Origin: Octopus vulgaris
Lineage: Eukaryota
DNA: 64,000 bases
Direction of reading: 5' to 3'
Assembly: GCA_951406725.2 (NCBI GenBank)
Contig: OX597818.1
Coordinates: forward strand, 61,318,001 to 61,382,000
Below are positions 53,481-64,000 of the stretch, one piece after another (position 1 is the first letter of the stretch; each line of letters starts with the position of its first letter). Under the pieces are notes generated by a model that saw nothing but the letters and a program-made list of their open reading frames with translations, was not told the origin of the DNA and did no database searches. The position numbers were made by a program, and so were the translations under genes.

Positions 53481-54387
53481 ATCTTAGCTACTTTACTTTC
53501 GGAACAACTACATTACATAAACGATATTGCTAATTCTATCAACAATGTAATGGAAGCTCTTTACTACTTCAAGAGAACCACCCAATCACTTATGAGAATC
53601 TATGTCTAGTATACTCTAAGTGCTTATTGCCCTAATGCATCTCTAACATACAAGGCCTGCTTTCTCTCTTAGCCTGCTTGTGATTTGGTCATTCAGATTA
53701 AAAGCATCATTCATAGAATAAGCACACACACAATCCAAATACAAAAATATATTGGGTAATTCAAAATAACATTTCTTCTTGACATTAATATCAGTTTTTC
53801 TGTCATAGAGATATCAAGATGAAATTAAAACTAGGTGTGTGCATGCCCTGTCCTTACTCCTGAAGCAAGATTTTTCTTTTCAAATAACAATGGAAGGATT
53901 TATGATACTAAAAGATATTAAAATGCAAGTGTCTTCAGGGAATAACATCAAAAACTTATCTTGGTGAAAATACAGGTTCCCAATGAGAAAACAAAAATAT
54001 CTATTTTTTTAAAGGAATTTGGTTTATTTTAGATGCAATTAGGCTTCTTGGAGCAAGTAAAAAAGTGGGGATTTGTGTTTTTTGTTGTTTTATTTTTATA
54101 AAGTCTGGTTGAGTTTAAAAGGCGTTGCATGTGTAAAATGTGAAAAGGTCAAACCCAAATGCAACAGCTATCATTGAAGAGTAATAGCCACAGTTAGAAA
54201 TCAATACAAGTTTCCTTACTTCTTGCTCTATTGTTAAAAATACTAAAACAAGAAATTCACAGAAAAAAGACAAAATAAGCTTAGGAGAATATTCATGCAA
54301 ACTGTTGACATAATTTATGAAAATTAATCAAGCATAACTCAAGAGATAAGTTATATGAAAAGAGTGTTTTGAATAAGAGAAGGAAGA

Positions 54388-54630
54388 GGTTAACTTTGTT
54401 ATTCATCTGTTTGGGGGTCGATAAATTAAGTACCAGTATCGTACTGGGGGTCGATCTAATTGACTGGCCCCCTCCCCAAAAATTGCATGCCTTGTGCCTT
54501 GAGTAGAAAGGATTATTATTATTATTGAAGGGTCAGTAAAGTGAGTACCAGTTGAGCATGGGGATTAATGTGATTGGCTTATACTCCCACCCCTAAAATT
54601 CCCAACCTTGTGCCAAAATTTGAAAATACT
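54388..54630 (+). mobile_element. Two degenerate family D-related SINE 3' parts with an alternative tail
   Basis: GGGGTCGATAAATTAAGTACCAG..CTGGGGGTCGAT followed by CCCCTCCCCAAAAATTG..CCTTGTGCC. Confidence 0.65.
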
Positions 54631-55621
54631 GTTATTCTTATTAACACTGATAAATATTTAACTTGAAAAAGAAATTATGTCGATAAGACTTCAAGACCCT
54701 TATTGAATGTACTAAGGATTGAAAATGGTTGAAATTGATTGGATTTGTATTTAGAAAACTGGATATTTTATTATTTCAAGATAAACATTTTGTTTTTATT
54801 TCAAGTGCTCAATCAGTATATTGGTGGTGGTGGTGATGTGTGTGTGTGTTTATGCATGTACCTAACATAAAGAGAATCCTATACCCATTCCTCCGACCTA
54901 CAATCAACCTGTCCAACAAAATTATCATTAACAGCTGGGATCACAATCAACATTATCAAATTATTGAGTTAACAATACTTCATTACATGTCTAATTAATA
55001 ATAATAACAACAAAAAAATGCAACACAAAGTTTGAAAAATAAATTTTCTTTTTAATGAAATAAAGAAAATAATGCAACTGGATAATGAAACAGTGATATG
55101 TGTCAAGTAACACAAACTATATTGACTTTAATTAAGAAATGAATAATTCTCTCTACCTGGAGCAAGCTTTCTACAGAAACAATAATTACTACAGCAGAAC
55201 AAAAAAAAAAAAAATAAGCACAGCAATATTTTATGTATATCTTAGCAATGTACTTTTTTTTCATTTTCTTGTATTTATTCATTGAATTATTTATCCTAAA
55301 TTCTCTCTAACTCTTTCAATCCAATAAGATACTGAGTAAAATAAAATGAGTGTGAATAAATTTATTTTTGCTCCAAGCAGTTTCTTTACAAAGTAGTACA
55401 AGTGTATATATTACAGCAGAACTTATAATTTCATATTCACCAAACTTAAAATTTAATTACATGGATGCATAGATTAATCAATTGTTAGAAATTCATGAAA
55501 GACAACGTTTTGACAAACAATAACAGAAATTATTTTTAATGGAGACGAAACATACCAATAAAATTTTCTCTCCATCTTTAAAAGGATGTTAGAGTTAGCT
55601 GAAGTAATTGTTTACGCAGCT

Positions 55622-56016
55622 GAATACCTATTTCTTTACTACCCACAAGGGGCTAAACACAGAGAGGACAAACAAAGATAGACACACGGATTAAGTTGAT
55701 TACATCGACCCCAGTGCGTGACTGGTACCCCGAAAGGATGAAAGGCAAAGTTGACCTCAGAACGTAGCAGCAGACGAAATACCTATTTCATTACTACCCA
55801 CAAGGGGCTAAACACAGAGGGGACAAAGAAGGAAAGACAAATGGATTAAGTCGATTATATCGACCCCAGTGCGTAACTGGTACTTGTTTAATCGAACCCG
55901 AAAGGATGAAAGGCAAAGTCAGCCTCGGCGGAATTTGAACTGAGAACATAGTGGCAGATGAAATACCGCAAAGCATTTCGCCCAGCGTGCTAACGTTTCT
56001 GCCAACTCACCGCCTT
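55622..56016 (-). mobile_element. SINE family D, multimer
   Basis: Two tails CCCACAAGGGGCTAAACACAGAG; junctions GAAATACC|TATTTC at 55776-55789 and GAATACC|TATTTC at 55622-55634. Confidence 0.85.
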
Positions 56017-57194
56017 CTACTTGTAGGAAACACAAGCATAGAGTAAGGGACTAACATATCATCACCATCATCATCACAGTTTACTGTCCGCTTTCCATGC
56101 TAGCATGGGTTGGAATTATCTGTCCCACAAACTGATGCAAGAGTACAATGACTTCAACATTAACAGTGAGCAAGTGGTGTGAATAGTAGACAAGCTTCGC
56201 GTCCTAGATCAGATCAGTTGGACAAAATAAATCAATTTCTAAATCTCATGTCATTCCTCTAGCTAAATGATTGGATCATGCCATGTGTGGTATCAAAAGT
56301 ACTCAATTCCCAAGTGAGCAAGAGCTGGTCATAAATTATTTCACTTAAATATCTGAAAGTTAATAAGGTTGACCATCAGCTGATGGAAACTGCTCATCAC
56401 AAAAAAGAAAATCTATTTGCAGTTTACCACACTGAAGCTGTAATAAAACTGGAGCTTGCAAATGAGTTCAACAATCCAGCCAATCAATATTTCATATTCT
56501 TAAACAATGCCTTGAATACATTTAATTTCATATGAACTGAATTCAATCATAGTTTAGTGTTAGTTTAAAGAGTCTAGACAATATTTTCTTATTTCATACA
56601 GATTTTAGGTAGAAAAACAGAAGCCATAAGAGTAGAAATGATGCTTCGTATTTCTTCCAATAAACTGTGAATAGAAACAGAATTTAAAGTAATATACAAA
56701 GAATGTAAAATGATTCTTGTCATTGCAGTTATGGTAACGTAGGAACATGTTCAGAATGGTAAAGAGAGAACTATTTACTTATACAAATTAAAAATGAATC
56801 ACTGATAAGAATTTGATTCACTTGAGAAGCTATTATTAAATGTGTAATCTAGAAAACTGTATTTTAATAAGTAATATTCCTTGATATAATATAAAAATGA
56901 AATATAAAATTATAAATTGAGATTAAAAGTGAGAATTACAGAAATCTAATCAGTTTTAGTAGACAGAATTTCCAAATTTTCTCCAGCGAATAAAACAAAA
57001 TGTGTTTGAAATGAAAGGATATATGTTAAGAATAGTAGCACTCCAGTTGAAATAATTTTAGACACCTGTGAAAGAAACAATGTGAATTGATCACATTGCA
57101 CCTGAAACTTAAACCCATTTCATCACATTCTATTTTCTTTAAAACTATGAAAATAAATATTCACTGAGATATTTCTTTATAGTCATACATACAT

Positions 57195-57229
<35 letters not shown>

Positions 57230-58650
57230 AAAAAGCTCAAAACAGTTCACATCAAAAGATTTTCCACCTTCAAAGATTAATATAAAATTCAAGTTAAAAA
57301 TATTTTGAAATAACTCTAAGGAAAAAATGACTAGCATTGAAGCATGAAAAGATAATATCTCGATGATATTTTAAACACTAATGGAGCCTATATCGAAAAG
57401 ATTCATCTCGTAGAAAATTCTTGACTAGTCAACTTTTAACTGACAAGACACTCTTCATAGGAGTGTTTTTCGCTGCAAGGTAGAATTATACCATTAAGTC
57501 TTGTAGCAGAAAATCAGTCTGTGAAACATTTTTAGTTTAACAAAATTATGGAAGAAGAAAATTGGAAGTTCAAGTAAGTAAAATCCTCAAGTCAAAAATT
57601 CATTTCAAACTGATTTGACAAGTGTGATAGAGAAACAAATCTAAGTTTTAAATGAAATAAAACATTAAAATAAAAACTTGTAAACATTAGAAGATAAGTC
57701 AACAAAGAGAAGGAAAACAAAGGAAGAAACAAATTTTTGAAGAAATACATTACAAACTTTAATCTCTATTAAAGAAATTTGATAAACAAAAATAAAAAGT
57801 TTTAACAGAAGTATTTTTAAAATTGTGCACATAATTTTAGATCAAGTTAAGTGGAAATTCTTAAGATATTGTGGTCATGTGCTGTAAAATGTTCTATTTT
57901 AGCAAAAATGTAAATGAAAGCAAGAGAAAATAATATTCAAAGTGAACTGTTGAATGGCATTTTTCATTTCATTCCTTACAATATGATGTCAGAGAGGGAC
58001 TCAAGGCAAAAAGAAATCTTTAGCAACTGAATAATTAAATATTCTTGGAGTTAATTCCTATTAATATACAGAACAATTATTTCATTTTATTTGACAAGAA
58101 ATGTGAAATGATACACATGTAATAAATCCTAGAAACTGTTTCAAATACTTAGATGACAAAGTAGTTATAAAAAGGGAAAATACTTGTGGTATTATATAGT
58201 TTGCATGCAAAATCAACACAGTTTTATATACCATATATTTATAAGGGATGAGCTTTTGGTTTGAATTTATTTTGTAGACAACATATTAATACCTGAAAAT
58301 CTGAATACTAATCAAATTGTAGAATCCTGTTATTAGCAAAGAACTTTGAAAACCATATCAATTAAGAATTCATTTTGTCAAAATGCATCAATTACATACC
58401 ATTTACAAATTAAAATTTATAAAGATATGCTCATTTTTTTTCAAATTATTTAATTTTTCTGCTGATCAATTTTCTCACTTATGCTAATTTACACAACATT
58501 CAGTGGTTTCAAAGAATTTATTCTCCAATTTAATGCTAACTTCATGAGATTCAAAACTCAGATTGATGATCCAAGTGAAAATTGTTTTATAGAAAAGTAT
58601 ATATGGATGAAACTTGTTTATTATCAACATATATATTTGTGATTATAACC

Positions 58651-59281
58651 TGATATTTATTTTGATGTTGATGTACTTAACTCAATAGGTCTCCTCAAGC
58701 AAAGCAGGTCACCCTAGGATCCAAGGTTAGCACAGCAGGCCATTCTGCGAGCCATGAACTTACTTCATTTGTCGGATCTTCATGGTCACAGCATGATGAA
58801 AGACCGAGACCTTTCAGATATGCTGTGACCGCAAAGACCCGACAAATGAAGTGAGTTCATGGCTCAAAAGATGGCCTACTGTGCTAACCTTGGATCCTAT
58901 TGAGTCAAGTACATCAACATCAAAATAAAAATCAAATGGAAATTGCAGTTGTGATACTTGTGCCGGTGGCACGTAAAAAGCACCATCCGAACGTGGCCGA
59001 TGCCAGCGCCACCTTGACTGGCTTCCGTGCCAGTGGCACATAAAAAGCACCAACCAATTGTGGCCATTTGCCAGCCTCCTTTGGCCCCTGTGCCAGTCGC
59101 ACGTAAAAAGTACCCACTACACTCACGGAGTGGTTGGCGTTAGGAAGGGCATCAAGCTGTAGAAACACTGCCAGATCAGACTAGAGCCTGGTGCAGCCTC
59201 CATGGCTTCACAGGCCCCAGTCAAACCGCCCAACCCATGCTAGCATGGAAAACGGACGTTAGACGATGATGATGATGATGA
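58651..59281 (+). mobile_element. Family C / RTE 3' end with an inverted duplication of its 5' part (hairpin)
   Basis: Arms 58651-58794 and 58820-58934; loop region encodes MMKDRDL (RTE C-terminus); (GAT)n tail at about 59265-59280. Confidence 0.85.
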
Positions 59282-61836
59282 ACCTTCATAGAACTTGGCT
59301 AACAGAAATCAACTGCAGGAAAGAAATGTCTGTATTAAATTACTCTGCTTCAAGGTGAATAAAATACAGAGCTACAATGTTAATCAATCAACAGGAGGAG
59401 CTGAATTTTCAAAAATAATGTGTGAAGTTTAAATCTTTAGACATTAACCATTGTTTACCTAAGAGAACACAAATAACATGATGAGAATAAAGAGGAAGAT
59501 TGCACTTAAGATGTGTCATTGCGTATAATTCTATAATACATTACACTGTCGATCTTAACCTTTTCAAAATTGCATTATGCAACACTTCTTCATAATTACA
59601 TCGTTATGTTTCACTTGGCTTCATCTCTAGTCATCATCTGTTAACTTATCCCTGATAACATACATATTGCTAGTCTTTAGTTAGAAATAGAGAGTGTCTA
59701 TGTTTGCTAGTCTCTACATAGTCAACAGAAGTGATTAGGGAAAGCAGGGTACACTAGGCCATACTTGCTTGTAAGTGACAGCTAAGCTTCAAGAAGTCAA
59801 ACTAAGAGAGGAGATTCCTAAAGGTCAGGATAGAAGAAGGCTTTCCAATCTTCATTATATTTAAATAAGCTAAAAATGGAACATAAATGGGCCTGATTCA
59901 GTCGTAATAAATGTTCCTAGATAAAATACAGTATGTGTGTGTGTATGTGTGTGTCAAGGAATATGATACCTGACATTGCTCAGAGACAAAACTGATTGAA
60001 ATGTGGCAGAGGATGTAAGTTTCACAAAACAAAACAACAACAAAAAAAGTCTCTTCTCTAAAGATGAAGTTAATAGTCCAGTAAATCATAATTGTAGATA
60101 AAGAAATGTCGAAATTTGGCAGACATTGGTAATAAAGGATAGTTCAAATGTCAAAACATTGAATGAAATCAGAGTGGTAAAGACAGTTCATACACAGGAG
60201 GTGGAGAACAATCATTTTTAGCAAACGCTAACTTAAATATACAAAAAGCACCAGAATTTGACAATAAAAAGAAGAAGAAGAAAAATAAAAGGTTGCCCAT
60301 TTTTAACTGTATAATCATAACTCATTTCAGAAAAAAATATTGGTAAGTATGATTTCATACAAAGATTTCTGTAAAGTTGTGAAAGAAAAATAAATGAATA
60401 AATAAAAGATGCCGTTGTTTTATGACTGAAAATCATAATGTTGAAATCAGTTGTTTTCAGACAGATTTATACGTTGTGATTGAGTTGAGATTCATAGCCT
60501 AATAAGCCCTCCAGGCAACGGACAATTTGGTGAAACAAAACAGAGAATCAACAGTATCTATCAGTAGAAGTGATTGTATGTTGCAGATTATAATTGGATA
60601 ACGGAAAAAATATAAAGGTAAAAAAATTTACTGAATGATAAGACACTTTTATTTCCTAATTTCTAAAATATATGTACATAATAAGTATTAGAAAAAAATA
60701 AACATTTTTGTACTATATATTTATTGTGAGAATTTCTTCTGAATTAAACAACTTTAAAATGTAATTAAAAGGAAGCAGCACCATATTCTAGAAAATTTCA
60801 TTTGATTTTAACCAAATAGGATTCCAGAAAATAAGAAAAGCAGATTATATTATTTAGAGACTAATTTTATCATGAAGACAACGTTAAACAATATCAAATG
60901 ATTCGAAACTGAAGGGAAATAATTACAAACAAATGAATAAAATAGACTGACATCAAACATCCAGATTCTAAATCTAGAAAACAATACTATTTCAGATAGT
61001 TTGATGGTTTGTGTAACTCAAAAATGTAAATAAATTTATTTCAACAAAAAGAAAATACGGATTTTTGCTTTAATAAAAATAAAAAAATTTAAAAAATGCA
61101 AGAAAGGAAAAACTATTTAAATATCTAAGTAGGTCAAAGACATTTGCAGAAACTTGGGATATATTGAATCCAAGCCAAAATATATGAAAATTAATGATGC
61201 CTACTAAATTAAGCATGCAAAATTTATTACTTCAACAAAGATTTGTTAGGAGAACTGAACTAAGAGATCCAAAATTTCACATACAACAGTTATCTGTTTC
61301 TTTCACCTGGTATATCTATCTTGGAATATTTCCCAGTCTTGCACGATTTGCAATTTTGTATATCCTAATATGGTTTACAGTTTTTTTCCTCTCTATAATT
61401 CAGAAAAACTCTGGAAGAGTTCCACAATCTTTGTGCAGTGCTTTTTCAATATATGTAAAGATATATCAGAAATGATGTTATTGTTATATCAGCTGCTAAC
61501 ACTTGGTACCAATGATATTTTGCATCAAAATACTTCAAGTTTTCTGAGATAGCAATAAGCTACTTGAATTTCAGTGACGGTGTTTATTTACTGCAGAACT
61601 ACTGTGTGAGTGAAGCTGCAACAAGTCTAATTCAAATATTAAGGCCCAAGGAATTTCATAGTATACGTATTACAATTTTCTAATGGCACGCCTGCTTCAA
61701 TAATCATGAAGGCATTTTTCTTTATTTCAAGCATGTGTTAGGCTTTAAAAGCTGATTACATGACTTAGAAAATATATAACTCGCATCACAAAATGTAAAG
61801 AATAAACACGACAATTAGACAGAAATTAAAATTTAC

Positions 61837-61847
61837 CTGTCATTTTA
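61837..61847 (-). other. Candidate 11-nt microexon TAAAATGACAG
   Basis: Minus strand: T-rich tract with TGC, then gttttttttacag|TAAAATGACAG|gtaaat. Confidence 0.25.
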
Positions 61848-62084
61848 CTGTAAAAAAAACAGCAAAAAAAACAAACGCACAATCTTGATGGCAGAAACCT
61901 GAATATTTTTCACAGTTCTTTGTCAGGTGACTGATTTTAGTAAGACAAATTCACCTATATAAAAAATCATGATGCTATATTTCCAACAAACATAACTAAG
62001 GGGCCATCACCCTATACATATAATAATATATTAAACATGAGAGGAGAGGAAGGGAAAGGAAATCAGCAATGAACTATAAAAGAC

Positions 62085-62430
62085 TATATATATATATACA
62101 TATACACGCATATATACACACATATATACACAAACAAATACACACACATATATATACACAAACACATATATATATATACATATACACATATACATACATA
62201 CACATATATACACAAACACACACATATATATATACACATATATACATACATATACATATATACATACACACACATATATACATACACGTACATACATACA
62301 CACATATATACATACACATATATACATACACACAGACACATATATATGCATACACACACATATACATATATATACACACACATATACAGACACATATACA
62401 TATTTATATACATGCACACATGTGCACACT
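62085..62430. repeat. Degenerate (TA/CA)n microsatellite
   Basis: Directly visible; source of the spurious H/Y/I-rich ORFs. Confidence 0.95.
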
Positions 62431-63672
62431 CACACGTGCCAGTGAATGGACAAAAGAAAGTTACTCAATACATTTAGTTGGAGTTACATATTACTATTTA
62501 AAAAAAAGTTTGATTCGGCTCCATGTGACTTTTGTAGTTCAGTTGAGAAAACTGTAGATAATGTAAATTAATAAAATATGTTAAAAATCTGCAAGTTGCT
62601 TACGTAGATGAATCAGTTCTTGACAATCACTATCTCAAAGGTGTTCTTTAGAGGAAAAAAACCCAAAAAAGTATAATAATAATAATGATAATAATATACA
62701 AAGGCTAACATCAGTTTTTCTCTGAAGAAAGTAACAACTAAAAGGTTCTTAGATGAGGTTTTTCTAATCAGGTAATACTAAAAGCTTCTTACTAATGTTT
62801 TTACGTGGAAAAAATATTTAAAAGAAGAAGAAATTTTAAACTGATGTACAACAAAAGCAAGCAGGTAGAGTAAGGACTGATTGTACTTTTAGACAAATAC
62901 ATTTAACACACACACACAGAATCAGAAGTTGGATAGGGGAAAAAAAATCACGTTGGTGCATTTACTTAATGATAAAACAAAAAAATGCAATTATATTTTA
63001 GATAGAAGACCTAAAAGTCTCAAGAATCAGTTCTAACAGAAAGAAGAAGCAAAAAAACTGTGTATTTCATTAAAATAAACTTACATATTCATTTAACAAA
63101 TGAACATAAACAGTAAAAAAAAACATTAATTGAAGAGAAATTAAATTAAATTTCAAAAATCTAATCTACAACACATAGCTGTTTTAAGTAGGATCTCCTT
63201 ACTTTAGTCAGTAGCTCAGTCGTCACACTCCTGTTATATGTTTTTGAACAGAGATGAATAATTAGATTTATCACATCTAAACAACAGGAGCCAGGGTTTC
63301 AACACATTGATTATTCTTCAATCTCACCCATTAATAAAACATCTGTCTATATATAGATAGGTGCTTTCAGCCCCATGAGTAACAGTGATGGCAGCAGTGT
63401 TATATATGGTGCAATTATAAAAGACACTTAACTTGATATATCAGCTGAAAGTGTGAGTGACTAATATTTAAATTGATCATCAACCACATAATTTAACAAT
63501 AAAAAGACTGTATGCAGTTCTTATACATGATAGAAATGACAGCCACAACTTCCATCAAATCAAAGCATCTTGAAGAAAGTAAGGATACATTGTAGAATGA
63601 CATACAAAATCAGGAGGAGATGTAGCAAGAATGCTTAGAACTAAGACAAAATAGAGGATCAATAACCACATA

Positions 63673-64000
63673 TCTCTCTATATATACAAAGCTGATGTTG
63701 TCTGTCTATGGCAGGTTTGGTAGCCTTCAACTAACACTATTTCCTCCAAGACCCTGTGGCGCAAGTTGACCAAAATTGAGAGTATGATAGAAGAAAGCTT
63801 GCTCTTCCTTCCATAGAAGAAAAAATTCAAATCGGACCATGTTAACACCAAAAATTATTTACATCAAAAAAGTGCTTTTTTTCTATGAAAATCCCTATTT
63901 TTACGATTTTTTTACTGCTGTGTCGCCATTTTTTGGTGTATTTCAACCAGAAAAATGTTCACTTAAAGAGAATAACAAGCTACATAATGCAAAATTTTTA
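63673..64000 (+). mobile_element. Probable non-autonomous Helitron 5' end (runs off the window)
   Basis: A|TCTCTCTATATATACAAAGCTGATGTTGTCTGTCT..GTTGACCAAAATTG, resembling the TC-CTATATATA-TGTCTG starts of invertebrate Helitron-N elements (from memory); 3' CTRR end not visible. Confidence 0.5.

Noticed and set aside
55157-55188. Possible 14- or 32-nt exon ending CCAG|gtagag
   Set aside because: Ambiguous acceptor and mediocre donor; cannot be told from background
57060-61970. Additional AG|GT motifs on the minus strand (about 57065 cacag|gtgtct, 58292 ttcag|gtatta, 59458 cttag|gtaaac, 61954 tatag|gtgaat)
   Set aside because: Weaker donors or tracts and no clear downstream donor; expected by chance in T-rich introns
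62031-62557. Long H/Y/I/T- and C/V/Y/M-rich ORFs
   Set aside because: Translations of a TA/CA microsatellite; the same applies to YIYI ORFs at 46958, 49718 and 50984

Overview
AT-rich, repeat-dense eukaryotic DNA with no intact long protein-coding ORF. The repeat families resemble those I recall from octopus (coleoid cephalopod) genomes; this taxon call is from memory, not a search. The window looks like the interior of very long intron(s) of a gene transcribed on the minus strand: the plus strand is A-rich and the best splice signals are on the minus strand. It contains several tRNA-headed SINE families (A, B, D), many 5'-truncated RTE-type LINE 3' ends with (GAT)n tails (family C), CR1 fragments, decayed Tigger/pogo and mariner transposases, piggyBac-type TTAA MITEs, a probable Helitron 5' end and microsatellites. 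Most interesting: (1) a TSD-flanked, spacer-less head-to-head palindrome at 10016-10855 whose arms each join a tRNA-like Pol III head to a minimal type I hammerhead ribozyme motif of the Penelope type, with a second insertion of similar architecture at 40169-40444; (2) a textbook recursive-splice-site motif (Yn-CAG|GTAAGC) with a downstream donor defining a 48-nt exon at 6393-6440; (3) an 11-nt microexon candidate and other small minus-strand exon candidates; (4) SINE module shuffling and fixed-junction SINE multimers. All exon calls are unverified hypotheses.
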